From contig CBFGTS010000018.1 in the NCBI GenBank assembly GCA_965652295.1, positions 25,882-89,881 of the forward strand: a stretch of 64,000 nt of DNA, in the 5' to 3' direction. The notes under the pieces were generated by a model that was not told where the DNA came from, searched no databases, and saw only the letters and a program-made list of their open reading frames with translations. Both the position numbers and the translations under genes were made by a program. The DNA is from an uncultured Haloferula sp. (lineage in GTDB: Bacteria > Verrucomicrobiota > Verrucomicrobiia > Verrucomicrobiales > Akkermansiaceae). Positions 38,500 to 47,496 of this stretch are shown in pieces (within the stretch, counting starts at the first letter, position 1; each line of letters starts with the position of its first letter).

Positions 38500-40155
38500 A
38501 TGAGATGGATCTGGCCAACCCTTGCTCTGATGGGAGCTGCTCATGCGGAGCCGCTACCGGGCATCGTGCCGGTCGTTCCTGAGCCCGAGAAGGTGGAATC
38601 GTTGCCCAAGGTCGAGGGCCAGACCCAGAAGGGCGACGTGGCCGCCGTGGTATTGATGGATGAGCTGCTGGCCATCCGCCTGCGCGGCAGTGGGGAGAGT
38701 GAGTGGCAGAGAATCGGGGATGGCGTCGAAGCCACTGAGGATCTGCTGTTGCCGTCTCCCGCCACCCTTGCTGCAAAGCTGGAGGAATACCTCGGGGAGC
38801 CGCTGTCCGACGTTTCGCTGGGCAGGATGGCCGACGAAATTCTCATTCACTACGATCTCGAAGGGTTCCCGGTGGTTCTGGTGAGCGCGCCGGAACAGGA
38901 TCTGTCTTCGGGGGTGTTGCTGATCGATGTCGAGGTAGGGCGGACCGGACGGGTAGGCGTGAGCCGTCCGAAATATGGAAACCCAGAGGCATTGCGGAAA
39001 GGCCTGAGACTGCGGGAGGGGAGCTTGCTGGAGAGGGAGGATCTCGAAGAACAGCTCGCCTGGTTCGGGAGAACGGGCTTCAGGAAGCCCCGACTTTTTG
39101 TTTCGCCGGGCGTGGAGCCGGCGACGGCGGATATTCTCATCGGCATCGAGGAGCGGCGGCCGTGGCAGGCTTCGGTCGGTTACGAGAACAGCGGGCCGGA
39201 TCTCATCGGGCGCGACCGGCTGACCTTCGGAGCTTCGGGCATGCTGCCGAACGAACATCTTCTGGCGTGGCGCGGAGTGATCGGCCTGCCCGCCTCGTCT
39301 CTGACAGCGAATGCCCTCCGTTGGGAGATTCCGCTTCAGCGAAGCCATCAGGTCATCCAGATCGATGCGGCCTATGCCGAGGTGTCCTCACGCTACCTTT
39401 TCCGCAACCTGCCGATCGAGACGGAAGGCAATTCCTGGTCGATCTCAGCGATGAACCGCTGGCTGCTGCCCAAGGTGAAAGGGTGGGAGCAGACCTTTGC
39501 CGCCGGAATCGATGTGAAAGGCACCGACCAGTTCCTGCTTTACGGGGGGCTCTCCGCCACACCCGGGGCGGTGATTCTGGTGGACGCGCGGTTTACCCAT
39601 CGGCTGAAGCGGGAGTGGCAGAAGGCCGCGGTTCAGATCGGATCGACGTTGAAGATTTCCCCGGGCGGCCTCGGCGGGAGGAACAGCGACGCGGCATTCC
39701 AGCGCTACGACCCGCAGGCAGACTCAAGCTACGTCATCGGAAACCTCGACATCGACGGCTGGTGGAGACCCTACGGAGACTGGCGCATCACCGGGCGGAT
39801 GGCACTGCAGGCGACGGATTCGAGGCTGCTTCCTGCGGAACAGCTGGGTGCCGGAGGCTACCAAACGGTGCGGGGGGTGGATGAAAGGGCTTACTCGATG
39901 GACAATGGTGCCATCGGCTCAATGGAGGTGCAGGCGCCGGTGATGTCGTTCATCCCGGCTTGTGACTTCCGCCTGCTGACCTTTCTGGATCACGCCGCGT
40001 TGCATGACGACGGCGGCTCTTCGGTTTCCCTCAGCAGCGTCGGTGTGGGTGTCCGGGCGAGATTGTTCGACCGGGTGGATCTGCGTTTCGACCACGGCTG
40101 GCGGCTGGACGACGATGAAAGTCGCAGCCACATCGGCTTGAGCGTGAGCTTCTGA
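38500..40155 (+). CDS. ShlB/FhaC/HecB-family TpsB outer membrane transporter
   Basis: POTRA HY..EGF...V.APEQD..SG; YENSG...GRDR; LLPAEQLGAGG..TVRG; C-terminal F. Confidence 0.87.
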   Translation: MRWIWPTLALMGAAHAEPLPGIVPVVPEPEKVESLPKVEGQTQKGDVAAVVLMDELLAIRLRGSGESEWQRIGDGVEATEDLLLPSPATLAAKLEEYLGEPLSDVSLGRMADEILIHYDLEGFPVVLVSAPEQDLSSGVLLIDVEVGRTGRVGVSRPKYGNPEALRKGLRLREGSLLEREDLEEQLAWFGRTGFRKPRLFVSPGVEPATADILIGIEERRPWQASVGYENSGPDLIGRDRLTFGASGMLPNEHLLAWRGVIGLPASSLTANALRWEIPLQRSHQVIQIDAAYAEVSSRYLFRNLPIETEGNSWSISAMNRWLLPKVKGWEQTFAAGIDVKGTDQFLLYGGLSATPGAVILVDARFTHRLKREWQKAAVQIGSTLKISPGGLGGRNSDAAFQRYDPQADSSYVIGNLDIDGWWRPYGDWRITGRMALQATDSRLLPAEQLGAGGYQTVRGVDERAYSMDNGAIGSMEVQAPVMSFIPACDFRLLTFLDHAALHDDGGSSVSLSSVGVGVRARLFDRVDLRFDHGWRLDDDESRSHIGLSVSF

Positions 40156-40156
40156 T

Positions 40157-40882
40157 TCAGAGTTCCTGCAGATCTTTGTCGAACTTCTTGCCGGAGGGGA
40201 AGGCGAGCACCTTGCGAATGAGTTCCGGCACTTCTCCGATGGCCGAACGGATGCTCGGGTCGGAGGTTTTGAATCCGAGCAGGCGATCGTCCTCGCCGAA
40301 GATGCCGACGATGTAAGCGTCGTACTGGAAGCCGCCGATGTTGCCGTAGCCGTCCTTGTCGCTGTCGTACTCCGTGGAGAACGACTTGGTCTCGAATTCG
40401 AAATCCCTTCCGCTGGCGATTGTCGGCACTTCGAAGTCCTGGGTGCGGAGGACGGAATAGACGGTGTTGTCCTTGCGGTTCCGACCGATGAAGAGGATGC
40501 GCGCCTTTCCGCCGGGGAAGCCCAGTTCGCGGCTGGGGTTCTGGAACCTCACCTTGGCGCTCACCGTTTGCCGGACGAGGTAGAAGTTCAGCTTTTTCCT
40601 CCGCTTCCCCACGGTGGCTTCGATCTCGATCGGAGGGATCCGGGGTGCCAGGATGGCAGCGGCTGCCGTGATCAGCTTCTGCGAGACTTCATCGAACTTG
40701 GCCAGAGGGAGCTGGTATTCCGCCGTGCCTTTGCCGGGGACGGTGAAGACAGCGTTGTTACCCTCCAACGCTAGGAGTTCGATCGACAAGGAACGGCCTT
40801 GGGTGTCGGTGACGTCGATGGGTTCCGCCGAGGCGTGAGAAATCAGCAGGGCACCCAACCATCCAATGAGCCGATGGAACAT
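40157..40882 (-). CDS. Hypothetical secreted protein (N-terminal SHD1-like segment)
   Basis: Signal peptide; TDTQGRSL...LPLAKFDEVSQ resembles an SHD1-type module. Confidence 0.6.
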   Translation of the reverse strand: MFHRLIGWLGALLISHASAEPIDVTDTQGRSLSIELLALEGNNAVFTVPGKGTAEYQLPLAKFDEVSQKLITAAAAILAPRIPPIEIEATVGKRRKKLNFYLVRQTVSAKVRFQNPSRELGFPGGKARILFIGRNRKDNTVYSVLRTQDFEVPTIASGRDFEFETKSFSTEYDSDKDGYGNIGGFQYDAYIVGIFGEDDRLLGFKTSDPSIRSAIGEVPELIRKVLAFPSGKKFDKDLQEL

Positions 40883-41042
40883 GGCGGTATTGGTTGAGCA
40901 ATGACGCGGCCAATGAAAGCCAAAACTGGCACAGATCATGCATCCAGAAGGCGGAGCCTCCGTGATCACGGGGTATCAATTGGAAGACAGTTCACTAACA
41001 TGACCGTCACTGCGGGCTGCCCCGCCGCCTTTCCCCGTGACG

Positions 41043-42749
41043 ATGTCCCCCTTACTGCTCCCGCAGGCACGATGGCTGCCCCTTGTCCTTTTCTTAGGAC
41101 TCCTTTCTTGTGCCTGCGCGGACCTCGTGGGAGGGCCGGTAGGACACCCCCCGCCGCCTCCGGACGTTTTGAGACCTGTTCACTATATCGTTAGTTCGGA
41201 CTTCACCGAGCCCGGATTCCGGAATTTGGAATCGCTGAGGAAAGTGATCAAAGGAATCGGCGGAGAGATTTATCGGGAGATGGTTCTGGAGGGCGGAGAA
41301 GTTCCGGTGGTGGCGATCGCCTTTGTAGCGGATGCGACGAAAGCTCAGCCGCTCGCCTCCATGCCGGGCTTGGTGCTCGAGACGGAGGTAAAGCTGAGGA
41401 GATCGGCCCTCGATACCACGAGTTGGGCGCTGCCGGCAATTGCGACCGGCACGGCGGACGTATCGCTGGGATACACGGCACCGGTGACCCCCGGAGAGGC
41501 GAGGCTTTATCTGATCGATACCTCGGTTGCTCACGAGTGCGGATGGCTCGGACGGAATCCCAACGTCACTCTGGCACTGGAGAAGGCGATCCGCGGCACC
41601 AATGACCCGGTCGAGCCGGTCGCCTTCGACCACGGGACGGCGATGCTTTCGCTGGTCATGGATCCCACATTCGGGATCGCATCCGGCACGCCCCTTGAGG
41701 TGGTGAGCTACGACGTGTTCCCGGAACCAGAGACCACTTCGGTGGCTCTGGTAGCCTCGGCCTTAACGGAGGCGGCGAAGCATCATGTGGAATCCCCTTG
41801 GATGCCCGGGGTCGTCCTTCTCGCCCTTTCGACCGAAGGGATGGAGACGAGCTATCTCCTCGATCGCACGGTGCGTTCGGTGGTCGAGCGGGGGCTGACG
41901 GTGGTGGTTTCGGCGGGCAATCACGGAGGGGACGTTTCCGGCTTCGTGCCCGCGGCTTACGGTGAAATGGAGGGGGTGATTTGCGCGGGGGCGCACGATC
42001 AGTCTGGAGGGCTCTGCACGTTTTCCAATCGCGGCCCGGCGGTCGATTTCCTGGCACCGGGCGCGGAGGTTCCGGCGTTCGTTCCTGCGACGAGCGGCAC
42101 CGTGCAGGTCGCGGAGGGTTCCGGCACCAGCCAGGCGGCGGCATTCGCGGCGGGAGCGGCGCTCATCCATCTTTCGGAGCACTCGCAGGCCTCGCCGGTC
42201 ATGGTCGAGGCTGCACTGCTGGAAGCGGCGACACCCGCCGAGATACCCTTGCTGCGCCTGGGCGCTCCGGTTCCGGACGATTCAGGATCGCCCGGCGAAA
42301 CCCGTGAGAAGATCATCGCACGGGTCGGGGCAGCGGAGGTGTCGTTACCTGCCGCGACCGGTGTCAGTCTCGGAGCGGATGAGTCTCATTTCGCCGATCC
42401 ACCTGCGCCGGTGGACGCCGATGGAGATGGACTCCCGGATGAGGTGGAGACTTTCCACGGTGTCGGAGGAAACGGAGGAAGTTCGTGCGCGATCGACTTC
42501 GATTCGGGGGCGGGAAAGGTCTCGTTCACGTTTCGGGTTGCGACCGATCGCTTCGAAGCGGTGGCACCCTTCCAACTGCTCGACGGTGGCCACTGGAGGC
42601 TCCGATGCAGCACGGACGGCCACCAGTGGATCACCCCGGTCGGCACGCTTTCCACCTACCTCGACGGGTACGACAGGCTCTTCGTCACCGCTACCATCGA
42701 TGCTCCGCCCGGGTCCCGCTGTTTGCTCAGGCTGGAAATCGTTCCCTGA
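41043..42749 (+). CDS. S8 (subtilisin-like) serine peptidase with a C-terminal DxDxDG module
   Basis: YLIDT (Asp), DHGT (His), SAGN, FSNRG..VDFLAPG, SGTSQAA (Ser). Confidence 0.85.
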   Translation: MSPLLLPQARWLPLVLFLGLLSCACADLVGGPVGHPPPPPDVLRPVHYIVSSDFTEPGFRNLESLRKVIKGIGGEIYREMVLEGGEVPVVAIAFVADATKAQPLASMPGLVLETEVKLRRSALDTTSWALPAIATGTADVSLGYTAPVTPGEARLYLIDTSVAHECGWLGRNPNVTLALEKAIRGTNDPVEPVAFDHGTAMLSLVMDPTFGIASGTPLEVVSYDVFPEPETTSVALVASALTEAAKHHVESPWMPGVVLLALSTEGMETSYLLDRTVRSVVERGLTVVVSAGNHGGDVSGFVPAAYGEMEGVICAGAHDQSGGLCTFSNRGPAVDFLAPGAEVPAFVPATSGTVQVAEGSGTSQAAAFAAGAALIHLSEHSQASPVMVEAALLEAATPAEIPLLRLGAPVPDDSGSPGETREKIIARVGAAEVSLPAATGVSLGADESHFADPPAPVDADGDGLPDEVETFHGVGGNGGSSCAIDFDSGAGKVSFTFRVATDRFEAVAPFQLLDGGHWRLRCSTDGHQWITPVGTLSTYLDGYDRLFVTATIDAPPGSRCLLRLEIVP

Positions 42750-42750
42750 A

Positions 42751-44103
42751 TCAGAGCAAGGACCGCCAGCGGGCGATTTCCGAGCGCACGTTCTCGACCG
42801 AGGGCGCGCCGGGATTGGTGCGTGCGGCCAAGGCCGTTTCCAAGGAGAAGACCGTGGAGGCATCCGCGGTGAAAGCGGGGTCGAGGGAAGGCAGGTCGAG
42901 CTTGTCGAGAGGGGTGCCGGAGGCGACGGATTCGGCGACGGCCTTGCCGACGAGTTCGTGAGCGTGGCGGAAAGGAACGCCCTGCCGGACGAGCCAATCG
43001 GCCAGGTCGGTGGCAAGCAGCATCGGATCGGCAGCGGCATGGCGGCAGCGGTCCTCGCGGATCTCCATCGCGGCGATCATTTCGGCATTCACCGCCAGGG
43101 TGAGCTTCAGCGTATCGATGGAGTCGAAGAGCGGCTCCTTGTCCTCCTGGAGGTCGCGATTGTAGGTCAGCGGCAGACCTTTGATGGTGGTGAGGATGGC
43201 GACGAGATTGCCGAGTAGGCGACCGGTTTTGCCGCGGGTGAGTTCGCAGACGTCGGGGTTCTTTTTCTGCGGCATCAAGGACGAGCCGGTGGTGTGGGCA
43301 TCGGACAGGACGGCGAAGCCGAACTCGGCGGAGGTCCAGAGGATGAGGTCTTCGGAAAGCCTTGAGAGGTGGACGCCGCAGAGCCCGATGGCGAAGATCA
43401 GCTCGGCGATGTAGTCGCGGTCGGCGACGGCGTCCATCGAGTTGGTGGTGACGCGGTCGAAGCCCAGCTCGGCGGCGATCGCGTGGCGGTCGAGGTTGAT
43501 GGTCGAGCCTGCCAGCGCTCCGGAGCCCAGCGGTGAAACGTTGAGGCGGGTGCGGCAGTCGGTGAGACGGCCGAGGTCGCGCTCAAGCATTTCGACGTAG
43601 GCGAGGAAATGGTGACCGATGGTGACCGGCTGGCCCCGCTGGAGGTGGGTGTAGGCCGGGACGACGGTGGCGGCGTATTTTTCCGCCCGGTCGAGTAGCG
43701 AGCGCTGGAGGTCGCGGATGCCGGCGGAGAGGGTCTCGATTTCCGCCCGGCAATAGAGCCGGGTGTCGGTGGCGACCTGATCGTTGCGCGAGCGCGCGGT
43801 GTGAAGCTTGGCGCCGGCAGCCCCGATGCGGCGGGTCAGCTCCGACTCGATGTTCATGTGGATGTCCTCAAGCGAGGTGCGGAACTCGAAGTTCCCCGCA
43901 TCGATATCCGCTTTGATCGCGGTGAGCCCGTCTTCGATTTGCGCGAACTCGTCGGCGGTCAGCAGCCCGGCCGTCATCTGCGCACGGGCATGGGCGATCG
44001 ACCCCGCGATGTCGTGCTGATAGAGGCGCCAGTCGTAGCTGACGGATTCACCGATCTGCTGGACGAGCTGGGCGGTTTCCTGGGCGAAGCGGCCTTTCCA
44101 CAT
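42751..44103 (-). CDS. argH: Argininosuccinate lyase
   Basis: MWKGRF, HTARSRNDQ, YTHLQ, GSSLMPQKKNPD, YNRDLQEDK. Confidence 0.97.
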   Translation of the reverse strand: MWKGRFAQETAQLVQQIGESVSYDWRLYQHDIAGSIAHARAQMTAGLLTADEFAQIEDGLTAIKADIDAGNFEFRTSLEDIHMNIESELTRRIGAAGAKLHTARSRNDQVATDTRLYCRAEIETLSAGIRDLQRSLLDRAEKYAATVVPAYTHLQRGQPVTIGHHFLAYVEMLERDLGRLTDCRTRLNVSPLGSGALAGSTINLDRHAIAAELGFDRVTTNSMDAVADRDYIAELIFAIGLCGVHLSRLSEDLILWTSAEFGFAVLSDAHTTGSSLMPQKKNPDVCELTRGKTGRLLGNLVAILTTIKGLPLTYNRDLQEDKEPLFDSIDTLKLTLAVNAEMIAAMEIREDRCRHAAADPMLLATDLADWLVRQGVPFRHAHELVGKAVAESVASGTPLDKLDLPSLDPAFTADASTVFSLETALAARTNPGAPSVENVRSEIARWRSLL

Positions 44104-44105
44104 AC

Positions 44106-44206
44106 TTCAAAGTTCAGTTTCGGAATTTCGGATTCAAGCGGGGCGGCCGGAAGATGGGACGCCCGGCCGGGACTTGGAACTGAAAACTTGAATCGTGGAA
44201 CTCAGC
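44106..44206. repeat. Degenerate heptamer tracts in inverted orientation around a GC hairpin
   Basis: TTCAAAG/TTCAGTT/TCGGAAT/TTCGGAT ... GGCCGG..CCGGCC ... ACTTGGA/ACTGAAA/ACTTGAA/TCGTGGA/ACTCAGC. Confidence 0.5.
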
Positions 44207-44702
44207 GTTTGCGGGCGGGCAGCCGCTTTTTGGAAAGCCGTGCCTGGATGAGGTTGGGGCAGGAACCCTTGGTGCGGAGCTGCTCGCAGCAGGCTTCGAT
44301 CTTGATGGTCTGAGAAACCGGCCGGAAGCCCATCCGGCGCGTGAGGCACTCGTTGAGGAGGTCGATGTGGGAGTCTTCGAACTCGATGACTTTTCCGCAG
44401 TCGATGCACACGAGATGGTTGTGCGTCGGCTTGTCGAGAAAGTTGGGGTCGTAGGTCTTGGTGTCGTGGCCCAGATCGATTTCCCGCAGTAGCTTGGCTT
44501 CGACCAGCAGGGAAATGGTGCGGTAAACCGTGGCGCGGGAGGCGTTGATGTTGTGGCGGCGGACGCGGTCGAAAAGCTCCTCGGCGGTGAAATGCTCGTC
44601 CTCCGCGAACGCGAGGCGTACGATCGCGTCCCGCTGGGGCGTGCGGCGGAGGCCTTTTTTGCGAATGAAGCTGTCGAGTTTGGCAGCGGCGCCTTCGTCC
44701 AT
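44202..44702 (-). CDS. Fur-family transcriptional regulator
   Basis: GLRRTPQR, HFTAEEL, SRATVYRT, HNHLVCIDCG. Confidence 0.92.
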   Translation of the reverse strand: MDEGAAAKLDSFIRKKGLRRTPQRDAIVRLAFAEDEHFTAEELFDRVRRHNINASRATVYRTISLLVEAKLLREIDLGHDTKTYDPNFLDKPTHNHLVCIDCGKVIEFEDSHIDLLNECLTRRMGFRPVSQTIKIEACCEQLRTKGSCPNLIQARLSKKRLPARKR

Positions 44703-44817
44703 GGGGAGAGGTTAAATCCACGGCGAGTGGGGAAGAAAGGCATTTCCCTGTGTGCGACGGAGGGAAAGCCGCGCTTTCCGGATTGGCAACCGCCCGCAGG
44801 CCGCTTCAATGGCCGCC

Positions 44818-45270
44818 ATGAAGCAATGGTGGTTGGCGATGGTTCCGGCATTGATGGTCTCCTGCGGGGCACCTCCCGCGCTGGACGTGCGGTCGACGCA
44901 TCTGCGCAGCCTCGAAATCGCCAGTGCCCAGGATGAACCGATGATCCGCGCCGAGCAGCAGCGGCTCCTCCACGGGGCCGTCGGAGTGCGCGAGCAGGAA
45001 CAGGCGCTGGGCCATTATTACCAAGTGCTGTGGCACGACGAGGCGGTGGGCGAGCCCGTCAAGGTGGTGTTCGAATACCAGCAAGGCGGTAGCGGCAGCC
45101 GGATCTTCAAGAAAGAGGCCACGTTCGAGGCGGAGGAAACCGAAGGTCGTGTGGAGTTCAGCATCACGGGGGACGCCTATCTGAAAGGCGGACGCGTGTT
45201 GGCGTGGCAATGCACGCTTTTCCGTGGCGGGCGGGAGGTCGCCCGACGTCACTCCTACCTCTGGGAATGA
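44818..45270 (+). CDS. Hypothetical lipoprotein
   Basis: Lipobox-like MVSC; ends ...GGRVLAW...SYLWE. Confidence 0.65.
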   Translation: MKQWWLAMVPALMVSCGAPPALDVRSTHLRSLEIASAQDEPMIRAEQQRLLHGAVGVREQEQALGHYYQVLWHDEAVGEPVKVVFEYQQGGSGSRIFKKEATFEAEETEGRVEFSITGDAYLKGGRVLAWQCTLFRGGREVARRHSYLWE

Positions 45271-45334
45271 GCAGGGCTTCGTGACCCGATGAACCAAGCT
45301 GGCCAAGCACCGAGCCGCTCTCTAAGATCCCGCC

Positions 45335-46030
45335 ATGTCGCCCGAAATCCTTGATGCCCCGACGCTTCTCGAAAGCGGAGGTCCGATCATTCTGCTGCAG
45401 CTGGGGCTGGCGTTTTTCGGGGCGGTTTTCGTGGTCGAGCGGATGTTTTTTTTCCACCGGGCACGGATCAATGTCGGCGATCTACTCGTGGGGCTTTCGA
45501 ACCACGCACGCCGCAAGGCTTACGCCGAAGCTCTTCACGAAGCGGCCCGGGCTCCCGGACCCGTTGCGCGGGTCGCTCACGCGGTGTTGCTGCGTCATCA
45601 TCTTTCCCGCTCGGACCTCCGCGATGTCGCTCAGGAGGCGGGGCAGCTTGAGGTGCCCCGGATCGAAAAACACCTGCGCGGAATCCTGGCCGTCGCGCTG
45701 CTGGCGCCGTTGGCTGGCATGCTGGGGACAGTGCTGGGTATTCTGGAAATGTTCCAGGAACTCGGCGCAGGGGATCAGGCGCTGCCGGCGAGCGAGCTGG
45801 CGAAGGGTGTTTTCCTGGCCCTGGTCACCACAGCCGTGGGCCTGACGATTGCGATCCCGGCTTACCTTTTTTATCTCTATTTCGTGGGCCGGGCGCGGCG
45901 GTTGTTTCATCGCATCGAACGCACGGGCATCGAGATGGTGAACATCGTCTGCGATGCGCGGACGGAGACCGGAATCGTTTCGATCCGGGATGAGATCGAA
46001 TCCCGCGAGCGTCGCGGCAAGCAGCGATGA
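45335..46030 (+). CDS. MotA/TolQ/ExbB proton channel protein
   Basis: APLAGMLGTVLGI, ALVTTAVGLTIAIPA. Confidence 0.9.
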   Translation: MSPEILDAPTLLESGGPIILLQLGLAFFGAVFVVERMFFFHRARINVGDLLVGLSNHARRKAYAEALHEAARAPGPVARVAHAVLLRHHLSRSDLRDVAQEAGQLEVPRIEKHLRGILAVALLAPLAGMLGTVLGILEMFQELGAGDQALPASELAKGVFLALVTTAVGLTIAIPAYLFYLYFVGRARRLFHRIERTGIEMVNIVCDARTETGIVSIRDEIESRERRGKQR

Positions 46031-46461
46031 AACTCATTTCCACGCTGCCGGATCGCGTGGGCTTTCTCCACGCGGTGCCGATTCTGGACCTGTTGGCGCT
46101 GCTGTTGATCGCGTTGCTGATGGGGCCATCGTTTCTCTCCCAGTCCGGGGTGCAGGTCGAGCTGCCGGTGTCCCGCTACCAGATCGCCCGCAGTGCGGAC
46201 GCCCAGGTGATCACGGTGACGGAGGGCGATCCGGTGGTGCTCTGGCTGGGTCGTGAGCGGGTGACCCCGCAAGAACTCGACGTGCGATTGAAGGAAATTC
46301 GGGAAGCGTCCATGGCCCGCGAGGGCTCCACGCCGATCCCGGTGGCCTACATCCGCACCGATCAAAGGATAGATGTGGCGGAGGAAAGACGGGTGGCCGA
46401 GCAGGTGCTTGCGGCGGGCTTCCGGGTTTACCTCCTGGGAAAACCGGAAGGAGCCGAGTGA
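46027..46461 (+). CDS. ExbD/TolR-family protein
   Basis: VPILDLLALLLI (conserved Asp), GVQVELP, IRTD. Confidence 0.85.
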   Translation: MKLISTLPDRVGFLHAVPILDLLALLLIALLMGPSFLSQSGVQVELPVSRYQIARSADAQVITVTEGDPVVLWLGRERVTPQELDVRLKEIREASMAREGSTPIPVAYIRTDQRIDVAEERRVAEQVLAAGFRVYLLGKPEGAE

Positions 46462-47198
46462 TGATGCTGCGGCGGCGATCCACCCTGCAGAAACGCGACC
46501 GGGATTCGGGGCTCGGCTTCAACTGGCGCGTGCCGGTGTCGAGCGCGACGTCCTTGTTCGTCGCCCTGCTGGTGGTCGGCGCGGTGGCGGTGGTTCTGGC
46601 AGTGGGCGTGAACGTGCGGGTGGGGAAGGATCGTTCTCTCAGGGAGCACCGGGCGACGATGACCCTGATTCCGTCAGGTCCGGAGGGCGATGCCCTGGAG
46701 TGGATGGCACGGGAAGCCGGACCGTATCCGTTCCGCCGCCAGGCGGCAACCGGTGGAGTGCAGATCGGGGACGTAGCACCACTTTCCATCGCCGATCCCG
46801 CCTACGTCCCCGACCTGTCGGCGGTCGGAATCTCCGCCGACACCGATGGTCGCTCCAGAGCCGCGGACTGGCAGGTATTGCCGCCGTTGCCGGTCGTTGG
46901 GGAACGGCGACAGGAGCCGTCGGTCCGCTCCATCAGGGTGGGATTGCTGATGATTGGTGGCGATAAGAAGGCGGTTTTGGATTTCGGGGAGAAAGCGCTG
47001 CCGGTGGCGGAGTCGTCGAAGTGGTTGGGAGAGCGGTTCCTCATCGGCTACGAGGAAAGCGGACGCGTCACCGAGGTGGTGCCGCTCGATCCGAAAGCCA
47101 TGGAACCGGAGGTCATGCAGTGGCTTCGCGAGGTCCGGGTGATGCACGCGACTTCAGGGGATCGGTGGCTGGTCGTTGAATGTGTGTCCCGGACATGA
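46458..47198 (+). CDS. Hypothetical single-TM periplasmic protein, possible energy-transducer partner
   Basis: One TM segment then a Pro-containing region; coupled to exbD. Confidence 0.55.
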   Translation: MMMLRRRSTLQKRDRDSGLGFNWRVPVSSATSLFVALLVVGAVAVVLAVGVNVRVGKDRSLREHRATMTLIPSGPEGDALEWMAREAGPYPFRRQAATGGVQIGDVAPLSIADPAYVPDLSAVGISADTDGRSRAADWQVLPPLPVVGERRQEPSVRSIRVGLLMIGGDKKAVLDFGEKALPVAESSKWLGERFLIGYEESGRVTEVVPLDPKAMEPEVMQWLREVRVMHATSGDRWLVVECVSRT

Positions 47199-47437
47199 TC
47201 GAGATCAGTCTCCATGATCTGGTGGCCTGGGCGCTCGCAATTTCGCTGGGTGCGGTGGTGGTTTTCGCGTGGGTCTCCCATACGCAGCACGCGAAGCGCG
47301 AGAAAAAGGCGCGCAACCGACGGGCGGTGTGCCGGCTGTGCCTTGCGGTCTTCGAGGTGGACGGACGTTTCGAGGATCACCGCTGCCCGCACTGCCATGG
47401 TTCGACGGGGCACGACGGACCCACGCCTCTGGGATGA
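47195..47437 (+). CDS. Small membrane protein with a zinc ribbon
   Basis: TM helix, then CRLC...CPHC; ATGA overlap with the previous gene. Confidence 0.65.
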   Translation: MIEISLHDLVAWALAISLGAVVVFAWVSHTQHAKREKKARNRRAVCRLCLAVFEVDGRFEDHRCPHCHGSTGHDGPTPLG

Positions 47438-47496
47438 GGCTTGCCACCACCGGTGGCACGCTCTAAGGACGGCAAACCTCAAGCGGGACAGCCAGC

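Noticed and set aside
44703..44817. Fur box in the divergent fur/lipoprotein intergenic region
   Set aside because: No AT-rich GATAAT-type array is visible.
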